From Tubulanus polymorphus (taxonomy: Eukaryota > Animalia > Nemertea): a DNA stretch of 64,000 bases. Position 1 is the stretch's first letter; each line of letters starts with the position of its first letter. The stretch covers positions 19,839,245 through 19,903,244 of the forward strand of contig NC_134028.1 in the NCBI RefSeq assembly GCF_964204645.1, written 5' to 3'. The notes under the pieces are model-generated. The model saw only the letters and a program-made list of their open reading frames with translations, was not told the origin of the DNA and made no database searches. Made by a program: the position numbers and the translations under genes. Shown piece by piece: positions 42,501 to 54,800 of this stretch.

Positions 42501-45500
42501 TCGAAATCGATCTGCAAAAATAGTCAAGATTTTCTGAATAACAAGATTGATCTAAAAAAAAATCTGCGCAAATGCAGGAACTGTTGAAATGCGATTGTAT
42601 AATGCAGTTTTTCAAGGTGAAATGAAGGTGATTTTAAAGATTGCGGTTTATGTCGGGTTTGGTTGTAATATATCACCAGTATGCTTTGCCTTGCCCCCGG
42701 AGGTGACACGATGAAAAAATATCCTTATTTATTCTTACAAGAAGGAATTCTCGACCGGAGTTTTCGACCGGAATGTCATATACATGTATGGACGTAAAGG
42801 GCGGTGCTCACGTGATTTTAAAGGGGGTACTTCATTGGGGTGTAAGATTATAATTCCAAATCCGTGATCGATCCACAAGTAGTTAATCTTATGCTCGATT
42901 CAGGTAACATTCTATTATAATCAACCTTTTCATTGAAACTAAATGAGAATCATACAATATTTCGGCTACTTTCTATACATAAAGGGTTAGTAACATATAT
43001 TAGGAGGATTAATGGGTATTAGGTATTCACGGAACCGGTTTTTGACTGACAAATGGCAATGATCTCCTTAATAATCTGTATGACCACCTCGTTCATAGAT
43101 TAAGGGGTTAGGGGAAATCGCCTACCATCAAAAAACAAGCATTTCGCTAGAATGAAAAACGTGTCGTTCCTACGAGGAAATTTTCGTTAGAATGAAAAAA
43201 ATGCCGTTCCCACGAAAACATTTCGTTCGAATGACATGATTAACGAAATAATCTTGTAACACAATATGACGTTTGATCGCTTGTTTGCTCGTGGGATAAT
43301 ACCGTGTTAGCGTTAGGGACAAGTGTGAACTCAACTATCAGCGTTTAAACATCATTTTGTCTCAACACCGTCCGGGGCTTAGTCAGACGGTACCCCTAGA
43401 CTGCCTCAGTCTCTCCCGTTTTTGCAATTTTTTATCATGCAGATTTTCGGCAAATTCAAAATGTGGCAGAAACTTCTAGACATGACTTGTATTGTTTCCA
43501 ATAGAGAGGGGATTTGATTAAACCTATCATTGTCATCTAATTGATACGAATAATTAATGGTGGATTTGAATATAACCTAACTGGTGATCAGTGCAATCAA
43601 TGATTTTATCAATATTCAATGTGTTAAAACAATGGGGTACATACAAAGTTGCTATCCCGCCAGATGGCCTGACGAGCAGTAGGTTTCCGCTGTCAAAATA
43701 AGTTCATTTTTAATCTTTGAACTGAATTTTAGACTCCCTAATCTATATATTATCACAGCGCCCATCAAATATGTAAAACTTTCATTCTTCAAATTGAACG
43801 ACTTCTCGTCGATTTATTTCTACAGTTGTGGATCCAGTTACACAATTTTGGACCTGCTTCTACAGTTTTCGATCCATTTATACAGTGCTGGACCTATTCG
43901 ACAGTTGTGGACCCAATTCCACACTTCTAGACCCACTTCTATACGTGGACCCAGTTCCACACTTCTGGACATACTTCTACAGTCCACAGTAATCTGGACC
44001 TTCTTCGACATGATTACCCAGTTCCACACTGTCTTCTAAACCTACTTCTGCAGTTGTGGGCCCAGTTTCACAGTTGTGGACCTACTTCATAGTTGTGGAC
44101 CCAGGTCCACATTTCTAGGCCTACTTCGACAGTGTTGTGGATCTGGTATGGTTGCTGAATGTTAACCAGTGTTGCGATTGTGTCATTTCTCCAGTATCGG
44201 GTTTCTGTTAAAATCTTCTTACTGTTATTGTTTTATACGTGTGACGCAAGCATCAACGCAGGTTGTCTGAAAATAGCAACACTGGCCATGAACTCCAGTT
44301 TCCGTACATTACTTGTTGCTTAACCACTGAAATAACTGAAGCTCAATAATATTCATGAAAGCCCATAAATATAATTCATGAAAGCCGCATAATAGATCCA
44401 GTTCTGGACCTACTTCTACAGTTTTTGACCAAGTTCCACACTTCTAGACTTGTTTCTAGGATCCATTTACACTGTCCTGGACAAAGTACCTAAGTTCAGT
44501 TGAATTGAAAATGTAAAACCTCCATCGTCCTTCAAATTTCCAGCAATATACAGTAGAAAAACAGATGCAGACAGATTAAACAAAGCAGAAATACCCGAAT
44601 CTCGATCCTGTAAATAGTTGGTATTAAATCTACTGAGTGGGATGTTTAATGTGAAGCCGTTCAGCAACTTCTGATCAAATATTATTCAGCCCAAAATATG
44701 TATAAAACTCGCATGATTCAATCGACAAAATGAAACATTCGTCAGTCGCTTTGACATCACGTTAAATCTCAACACACATTAAACAGGTAAGATCACTCAT
44801 GATATCTGTAGTTCTGAAACAGCCGGGGACCAGTCTCCAGTTCTGACACTGCCGGAAACCAGTCTCTATTTCTATGATCTGATTACAGTTTTCCGGAGAC
44901 AACATGAAATTGATCAGTTTTTTGGTGGTTTTTCTGGCCGTTTTCTGGGTTTCAACCGATGCCATTGATGAAAGCACATGTCGCAAGGTAAATATCTGTC
45001 TATAAAGAGAAAACGCTGTATAGCTAAAAAGCGTTTTTTCAATCCTATCACGTGTGTTAATCCATCGCAGCTACACTCACTATAACCTCTTAATATTCTT
45101 ATAATCTCAGTATTGTATTTAAAGGGCTTTCCGGGAAATAGCAGTTTCAATTATGTGTTTGGTTTCATCGACAGGTATCATCTCTTGCTGTCGAACATTA
45201 CGGCAAGGCCATATCGGGACCACTGAGCAAATTAGATTGCGAAACTATCGTCAACAGCAAGATCTTGGACGATCTAAAGTTAAAAGGTTCACAACTACCT
45301 AGCGTTTTGGCGAAAGTATTTCAGTCAAAACAAGGCAAATCGCTGATTATCGATTACGTAAGAAAAAATGCCAAAGATCTAAGAAACAATTTGAAATCTC
45401 TGAAAAATGCATTGAAAAAAAATAAAGAAAACTAGAAAAAGTATTTAGAAATGATGGATAATTTGACCTGCATCGCATTATACTAGAAGATGTATGTTCT

Positions 45501-45699
45501 AATTCTGTAGGTTTCGCGTTTCCTTGTTCTATACGATTCAAATTTGTATCAGTGCTTGAAAATGCAAATAAATAATTCTTTTGGCATTAGAAATGAATTT
45601 AGTGATGTATTGATTTCATTGACGATTCGCAGTTTACAGTTCTCCAGAAAGGGGTGTGCGGATATTACTTACAAGTACCCGGGAACCTCTTAGCAGGTG

Positions 45700-46380
45700 A
45701 TACTTACGAGCTTCCAGTTGTTTCAGACGGTGTCCAATACATAGGACAAGTTTATATTGCCGTAACGCCACCTAGCATGTAATAAGAAGAGTTTTTCGTC
45801 CCAGCAGCTAGTAACACTGTAACCCTGTTCTTAAGAGACGGCCAAGGCCTTTTTATAGGTTGATAAGGCTCACAACCTGACAGAGTTACCAGAGCTGAGT
45901 CCATGCATGTGTCTCGACAGCCAACGCCAGATGTGGTTTCGATCTAGGGATCTCTTGGTTCCCAGTCCTCCACTCAAACAACTGCATGAGACCCCAATCC
46001 CAACAATAACAAGTAATTCGGTTCATCTGGATAAGAAAAAACAAATTAAACAGTTTAGAAACGCCAGAAAAAAGATATAACTTTCAACTTGACATGTTCA
46101 GTAAGAGAGCTGATACCTGTAGGTGTGACCGATGTGTGGGCGTGTCTTCCAGCTGTCGCTAACAGCTGTGTCTGGCAGTACGGCAACGAACGCCATTTTT
46201 TACATTCTTGTTCGCTGAGATATTTCTGACAGATGAGTGAATTAAACCTGAAGGCGTCCGGCCGGTATTAAATACTGTGACAGTGGTTTCTCTTTTGAGA
46301 CGAGGTTTAACTGAGCCCGACTGTAAATCAACTGTTATAAAATCTCCTACAAAGCAATGCGAACGGGAAATAAGTCTGAA
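45700..46380 (-). pseudogene. Class B GPCR N-terminal exon relics with a SINE insertion
   Basis: Inverted homolog of 29290-29790, continuing into ..TGCTGGGAC..CTAGGTGGCGTTACGG..ACTTGTCCTATGTATTGG../gtaagt (HRM exon). Confidence 0.6.
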
Positions 46381-47965
46381 AATCGAATTACCTATAAACA
46401 ATATCGATATCAACTCGCAAAACACTCAAATATGAAAATCTTTTCCTAGTTTCATCTTTCACGTCAAACATCGAAGCCATATCGAACGGGAGATTATTGT
46501 TCTGTCGCGTGCAATAGACATGCGCAATGGAACATACCGTAAACGGTTCGAATCCAATCTTCTGAGGATTCCGCGGAAGTTTCCAATCCCGAATATAGAC
46601 TTCCTACAACAACTTATTTCCAAGTTCTGTCCATCCCATGTAAATTGTTTTCCTCGGGATTTTATGGGTTTTAGAATTATTCTTTAACCATTTTTGTTAT
46701 CAATCCCATACCCTCGGCCAATCAAAATTAACGGCTTAACTATTTTGCAGATATACATTTCATTTTTACAATATGATAATAGGCGTACTAGCAGTAAGTA
46801 GATAGAGTGATAATTGAAAATGCCATTTGAAATAGGTAGAATTTCCCCCAATCTGTTCCAGGAGTCAACTTTGTCAAAAGCCGCCATCTTTTGTGTCCCG
46901 GACTTTTAGCCCGCCGATAATTGACCAGCTCGTGGCGCCCCCTTTATCATCTTCGCTGTCGTTCCACCAAAAGGCAAAAAGTCAGGAATGTTGACCAGTG
47001 ACCAGTCAGGTATGGCGTGAAATATGGTGAAAATTAATGAATTGAGTCAGATCTCTGATGTTACACAGTTTACTCACTATGCGCTATAGGCATTTACTTT
47101 ATTGAGTACAGATTATATAATCAGCATTTCAAATGAAAATTTTACAAATGAAATACATTTTAAGAACATCAACCAAATACTGGTAATTTACAGATCGATT
47201 ATATGAAATACATTATAATTGGAAAGCATCAACCAAATACTGGTAATTAACCGATTGATGATATATAAGTGTTTTGGTGCAACTAAAAGATCTATTGATT
47301 GATTTCGTGTGTCAGTAATTCATGAATCCTATCACATGTACATTATAACTAGATCTGTGTTCAGTTGGTTCTTTTAGTCTACGAGAGGTAAACTGACTGG
47401 GTTGGTTGTGATTATTAGCGGCACATGCTAATTCGTCGGTATCTACGCCTTACAATAGAATAAGCGATTACGATACTTTGACAGTTACTGTTTGTAACTC
47501 TAAGCGAAACTGCGTCTTGCATTTTGTTTCGCTGTCGCATCCAAAGTTTGGATGGTAACACGAGATCAGCGTTCTCAATACACATCTATCCGAAAGTGTT
47601 TTGTAATTTTGTGGGTATAGCTTTGCTCTTCGTCGGATACTATAATTTCCTATTCTTTTCACTGAGAAACACAGCTCTTTTGAAGGACGATTAACTATGA
47701 AATGGACCCGCGCCATTTACATCTGTCGTTATTTCGATGTCTTAGTTTGATCGCATCCATGAAGAAAATTGATTTCAGAAAAATCCGTTTAAAATGTTGC
47801 AAACTCTGCACCCTCTGTATTCTGATTGCTATCGAGTGATGATGAACCAGGTTTGAAAATAAATAGTCAGCCTAAAAAGCAACCTAACTTTCAGTCTCGA
47901 ATTTCACTTATCTAGAAAACAACCAAACACCGGAAACAACCATAACGAATATTATCATATCTATA

Positions 47966-48901
47966 CTATAGATTATTGCATTCGTCGGTGGTGCAGCATT
48001 TCGGTTCAACAGTTTTAGTGCTGTGTGGTAGACGATATTCGCTTTTACAATTTTTGAAACAGCCCCGAATAAACACTGAACTTTCGTATTGCAATTTCTG
48101 AAATGAAACGAACAGTAATGATTTCTTAAACCGATGAATGTATCAACGAAATTCACCGGGGTGATTACTGTAAATCATTACTTACCCTGCACTGATAACC
48201 GCGGCTGAGGGGACACGTTGTGCTATGAACATCATCGCTGGTTTCACAGCCGTCGGTAAAATATGACCGTTTTCCGATGTCGTTTGTGGTGTTTCTTTTC
48301 AAAACAACTGAAACAGATGAAACAAATTAACTGTCGGGGGGCTCAACAGATTAGGCACGAATGACGCCAGTAAGTTTGTTTTTAAGTTGGGCGTCGTTAT
48401 TTTGTCTCCGCTCGTTAGGAAGATGCGTCACAAGACTGCATTGAAAATGTCTACATCTATATTGATTTCGATTAAAAAATGCGAATAAAGATAAACTTAC
48501 TACTGTCAATAGCAAATTGTTTCATCGCATCATATACTGCCTTATAACCGTCTTTATGATATTCACAATAGTAGCATCTCATTACAGTTGCTGTCACTGA
48601 AAATAAGGATAAGAAAAAAATTAGATGAAATACTTACCGTCAATAGCAAAATGTTTCATTGTATTATATTCTGCCTTACAACGGCTTTTAAACACACGAG
48701 AGTGGCCTGTCAGACTTTTAAACAACTGTTGTTGAAAACGAAGATGATATGAGATGAAAAAAAAGAGTTTGAGATGAAATGATTTTTTCACGAATTAAGC
48801 TGCATTTGAAGTGGACAGAATATTGTGGGGCTGACTAAAATACAAACTCACCCTGAGCTAACAGAACCAGTAGAGCTGTCGCGACTGTAAACACAATTCA
48901 T
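47966..48901 (-). CDS. Ly6/uPAR (three-finger, 10-Cys) protein gene (exons 48901-48852, 48596-48501, 48307-48186, 48097-47966); one extra base in the signal-peptide exon as assembled
   Basis: Signal ..TVATALLVLLAQ / VTATVMRCYYCEYHKDG..AIDS / IVLKRN..DGCETSDDVHSTTCPLSRGYQCR / KLQYESSVFIRGCFKNCKSEY..PKCCTTDECNNL*. Canonical splice sites, a phase-1 intron after the signal peptide, and a CATAAAA box upstream (~48970-48980). Confidence 0.82.
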
Positions 48902-51876
48902 CCTGCTATGTTCCGTATGTCTGCTGTCACTTGTAGACCTGCTGTCGTCTGTCAACACGGGTTTGCGCTGTTTTATGGCACTCTCTTCCCCCGGACACCA
49001 TTTGGGCTTCGCAAAATATGTTTCTTTGAAATATGTTTCTTTATTCTTTGAAATTGGTCATTTAGAAATAAATGAAATTTCAGATTTGTTATCATTACCT
49101 TTTTGGTGACAATTTGAGATCAATTGTAGCGAGAACAATAAAAGTTTAATTTACCAAAGCAATTTTAGATTTAAAGAGAAAATTCCATAAACTGCACTAC
49201 TTCTTATTGAAATTTAGAATAAAATATCCCCGCTGATTAAAAGGCAAAAATCTGTAATACATGAAAAAGTTAAAACGATTTTCTTTTCGTTCGACTGAAA
49301 AAAAAAATGGATAGGACTCCTTGAAGATATTCTTGAAAATTAACCTTTGAAGATATAGATTTTTACCATTCGTCAAATTGTAATCTATATGTAATTTGAT
49401 GATCTTGAATATTTTCTTCTTTGCACAACAGGATAATTCCATTTTTCTACAAAGATTTAATCGTTGAAATGAATATATATATATTGCATTCAAACGTCGT
49501 GCAAGATTTAATTTGATTTCGTTGAGTCAGTAAACTAACTGTAGGAGTGCAAATAGGGAAATAAACTGAATGAAAAAAGTAAGATAAGTGTTCAAAAGAA
49601 ACTATGCAGAACTTCAATAAGAAAATTACGGACTGTGAAAAGATCTCCATAGATATAAATATTATTGACCAACAACTGTAGAGATCTGAACTCGAATGTG
49701 TTCTGTGCCTATGTTGACTTCAAAATTAAAGCATTGATCCATTTGTTTTCGAATAATTCAGCAGAGGAAATAAATTGACGAAGAATACGTAGCAGTGTGG
49801 CCCCTAAAAAAATATTTGCCCTTCACGGGCAGTCCGACGATTGGTGTCACTATCATCCGAGTATCGAGTGGAAAAAAGCTTTGTGACATAAGATTGCACT
49901 AGCACGGCGGACAAGTGATAAAGATTAACTACTTGCCCTGGTGAGAATATACTTGTCCCGGGCAATCGGACAAGCGCTTAGATCGGACCCTGAATTCGCT
50001 GGAGACTGAATTCGAGCAAGTTTTTCCGATTATTAACTAAATTTTCAGTGAAATCTGTAACATACACTGAGTGAGAAAGGGAATCGTATATCTATTCGAT
50101 GCCTCGTTTGATAAATGTCGGGGACGGAAGCCTAAAAATCAACTAACTTTCATTGAAAATGAACTGATTTTCATTACGAATGACCCAATGTTTTTATGCG
50201 CCATCTGTTAGTGCCAGTGTCCCATTATTCTTTAGTGATCAGGGGCTTATCAATCACGTCGAATAGCCCAAACTGTTCAGGCGTGGAGAGAGGGGATGGA
50301 ATTTTTATGTTCTCTTTATGTCCATGGACTATCTGGCCTGGTAAAAAGTTGCTTGGTCATTGTTAATTGCGCTTACGGCGAAGGATGTATCGAACAAATC
50401 CTTACAGTGATGAATTGAAACTCTGCCCCGGAACGAAACCCTGCCATGGTGGGCACATCCAACCTGTCAATATGTGATGGTGCGCACAAGACGCGGTACA
50501 AACAGCTATTAGTTTGTATGAAAAGTACCACTTGTAGACGGCTGAAGCGTTGTCACACTAGGTGAAAAACATATCAATCATATTCAATTCCCTGTGTACT
50601 TAATCGGATATTTCAATTCAATTCTAGTTTTCCACTTATCATAATTGTTAGATTGGTTTTCAATGTATAAATTATTCACGGAGATGTCTGTAGGTTGTTA
50701 CGTATATTCTTAATATACATTTGATTTAATTACAGTTAAAAAACCTCGAATAAAATCCCTAGAAACTAGATCTCATAAGGCGTTATGTTGTTTATTTCAT
50801 TGCTAGGGCTTTGTGTGATAACTTTGGTCAGTTTTAACCTAAAAGACTTCATGAATCAAAGCTATTGGAGATATTACTAATCAAATCCTCAAGATGTTTA
50901 TTAGATTTTAACACTAAACTAATGCAACAACGGTCCACGGAGTCTTGACTCATGAATCGCATAATACGCGAGTGCCTATATTGGGTGATATGAAATTCTA
51001 CCCAAATATCTGAGATGTCTAATGGGTTATATATATGCTATTTTTCAACTTCCATAGGCTCCTTCTTACTCAATATCGCTCAACCAGTACGCCGGAGCAG
51101 ACCTTGCCTTGTGTTTGTTGGACGATACAAATAAAAATACTCAGTTGCTTTATATAATCCTTCTCGATAGAAAATACATTCGATGATTTATTCTTTGAAA
51201 ATGGTTAAATTATCTCATCATCAATCGTAGATTAAAATTCGACCTGGTATTCAATTGTGGATACATAAATCTCATGAACTATTCATAAGAGGCAAAAACA
51301 ATGATATAATTCAAGTGTTGTATCGTCGGACGAATATTGATCGATTTAGCCCGATTCTAACGTGGAAAATCAAATTCCAACATATTAAATTTCATGCATT
51401 TATTTCGAGAAGAAGCAAATTTTTAAAATACATTGCAATGAAAAATTAGTCATTGAGAATTGTAGATTGCATAAATTATGAAAATATTTACACGACGCAA
51501 GAGCGATCAATAATCAAAACAGATTTTTAACGGATATGGACTCATACCGGTCCACTTAGAGCAAAAAAAACACTCAAGTTCAATGCAAATATAATGTTAA
51601 TGGAAGGTAAAGTATGTTTTGTAAATGATTCGGGCCTCTTACACTACTGTCCTTTGTAGTGACTGACTGAGTAAATGGTCGAGTCGGAGCCTTCTCAACG
51701 GATCCCTTCACACTACCATCCCGTAGCGACTGACTGAGCCGAGGATCAGTCGAGTTATTGGATATATCAGGTCAACTTCACTTCATCGTTTTCGAGCAAT
51801 GCAAATAGAATTATTATCAACATAATGTGCAGTTATTCAAACGATACTATAAGAAATGTCTTAAATCTTTCAGCGT

Positions 51877-54800
51877 TTAACTGATGATGATATTTCGTTT
51901 TTTAGATTTTTCCGACGACTTCTTCATTTCCTCCAGTTCGGCCATTACGTCTTTGCTGTCGGCTTGTTTTTTAATGTAGTTCTCCAGCCTGTCGATGATC
52001 AAATCGACTCGGTTCGAAAGCTCGCGGCACTTCTCATCCGCGCTATCTTGGGCTCCTGTAAATCGAAAACATCAAATCCACATATACCTCAGTGTAAGGA
52101 GGAAGATCAATGGATGTTGTTTGAGGTTGAAGAACAGCAGAAACTGTTTATCAAATTCAAAGGATGTTCTAATAAAAACTATGCAAGGAATCTGTGAGGG
52201 AAATGTATAAACATTCAGTTCATGAGGATAAGTTGCTTTGAAAATTAGATTATAAACTGAAATTTGTAGAATTGGTCATTATACTACTTTTGGTATAGAT
52301 AACGAGACGAGTAGTAACTATATTGGTTATCTATTAATTTGACGCACGAGATTTCGCTACTAATGCATAGAAGCTTCATCAGGTGAATGAGAATGAATGG
52401 AATACTTTTGGTATATACGTATACGAATGTTGCGTGTATTTGTTTACATTTTACGTGTATTTACTGATTTTAACCATTGGGGAATATTTCTTTCATATTT
52501 CACCATGCTTCTCGAGGAATTAAACAACCTATAGTATACGTATTTCGAAGCTAGTTCCTCGAGTGAATAATTGATTAGTGAGACTCCATATATAAATAAA
52601 ACCCACGACCGATAATCTAGGTTCTAGTCAAATTAGTTCAAGAACTATGAAACTAGTTTCGAATAAAGCCAATCTGCAAATGTACTGTAGAACTTAAATC
52701 CTGTCTTACAAACACAAACTAACAAATCCAATTTCGCAAACAGCCGCAGAACTTGAAAATGTTGGGTTTATCGTTGGATTGTTATAGTTCAATTAATGTT
52801 GATGATATGCTATAAAGATCATACCATATATCAAGCTAGCATTATGTAGATAAATGTATCCAAGAAATAAATAGATCTTAATTATTTCAACTACTTTACT
52901 CTGTATAATTTACTCTACCTGAAATATCCACAATGAATAAGTTAAAATGATTTAAATCCAGTTTACCTTCCAAATATTCCAACCGGCATTCTGTAGGGTT
53001 CCCTTCTATTCTAGTCATACCGATGGCTTTTTTGAATGATTGCATCATAAAATCCACAATTTCATACTCGTTCGCTTGTCCAGCTATGCAATCCATCGCG
53101 TACGTGTAGCCCTCCAAAATGATCGCAACCATGAAGTTAACCATCATGAAATTTACGATGATAACGAATGCCACGAACATTAACGGAGCCATCACGGGAC
53201 TGACTGCCTGCATTCGTCGGAAATTGAATTTATCTAGAATGGAGGTATACAATGAATTGAAACGTTATAAAATTGAATAATTTGGGCGTGAGAATGGTCG
53301 ATTCGGAAACCTCAAAATGGACCCCCTCCCCATCACTTAAGCGCGACGTACACGACGCGGTGAAGCACAGAAACAGGAAGCACATGTTTCCTGTGTTTCC
53401 CTGTTGTATTTCCCTTTTGTGCTTCAAGCCCACAAACGAAAACACGTTTGACCTCGGAAACATCTTTTCCCGAAACAATGTTTATCGTTTCTTGTAAACG
53501 CTAGTGATCAAGAGAAACGCCAGAAACATGTTTCTATCACCCGTTTTCCCAGTGCTGCGTTCGTTGGGCTTTGATAGAGACGGAATGGGTGGCACCCAAA
53601 TCAATGTCCTCCGGATGGAACCCTCTGAACCTATGTCCCTATAGTAGAACATCATTCAGTGAGATCCTAGTAATAACACTTACTTAACATCATGTTCAAT
53701 AATGTCTCCATACTAGCAATGAACGTTGAATATTCTCTCAAACGGACCATGAACTTCAGGTGACACAAACTAACAAATCCGAAAAACAGAACCAAGAACA
53801 CGACCATAAATCGCATTAGTGGCCAGGACAACCACTTCATCATCAAAGCCAGGGCGCAAATCCTTTTGTTAAATCGCAGTAGTTTCAGCCCTTGAAGTGT
53901 CGATAGAAATACGATCATTGCGAGTAAATAAACCGACAACTGCAAATATAGACAGATAACATTATACAAACATATGACAATCACAAACGTTACATAGTTT
54001 ATCATTTCCTCATTTCGTTAGTTGTATTCTGTGAAAATTACCTCGTCGTACAAAACGACATAGTCAAGATTTATGAATTTGGTTCTGTCCACCATCATTT
54101 CAGCCATCGCGTACGCCCCGAAGAATCTCACTATTTGCATGAATATGGCCACAAATCCCATGAGTATCACCGCAAACTCGTAAACATCCCAAAATGACTG
54201 TAAAAAAACGAACTTGAACGTTTATTGACGCCTTAAAATAACGCATATATTGCTTTTAATATTGTCGACAATAAATAATACGATATAAATCATACAATAT
54301 CAAGCATCAAGAAAGTTATATCGGATTTGAATATATCGATTAATGAATTGAATTGACTGGCAACCAGTCTAACACCGATGTATTGATGACTTAGTCCGCA
54401 TCTTCTAAAAACTAATTATTGAAATTTATCAAAAATAAAATGAGAATCATGAAATATATCTAAACAGAAATGAATTCCAAAAATCACAGTTTTAATTCTT
54501 ATTTTGCAACGCGAATATTGATGACGTTGTGCACATCGACTTTAAACAGAACGCCTTCTATAACGCAGGATGTCATTATAAACAATATTGTAACCGTTTT
54601 GAAGGCGTCAAAAGCCAGATAACGAATAGTTAGATAGTGAGTTATTCGAAAACTACGGGCCCAGGGACACCATGCCCACTTGGGAAGTGGTTTCAAATGC
54701 TCAACAATCTAACAATTCCAATATTCAACGCCCCCTGGTGACCATATACAGAATCCAATGACCTTGAAACTCACCAAAATCATAGAACATGTCAGCAGCT

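Larger units (their letters stand above)
15300..46400. repeat. Array of direct and inverted copies of a ~2.5-5 kb composite cassette (approx. 15.3-18.1 fwd, 19.4-21.6 rev, 21.8-26.05 fwd, 26.05-27.1 rev, 29.9-33.4 rev, 39.65-42.4 fwd, 43.3-46.4 rev)
   Basis: Shared blocks recur in both orientations, e.g. GGCAAGGCCATATCGGGACCACTGAG, AAAACCCACAATATAGATC, CCTCCATCGTCCTTCAAATTTCCAGC and GGTACCCCTAGACTGCC. Region ~21.8-27.1 kb closely matches ~39.65-44.6 kb. Confidence 0.9.

Noticed and set aside
47908-48156. 82-aa ORF as a standalone gene
   Set aside because: It is an alternative frame over intron 3 and exon 4 of the three-finger gene. Only its hydrophobic end is of interest.
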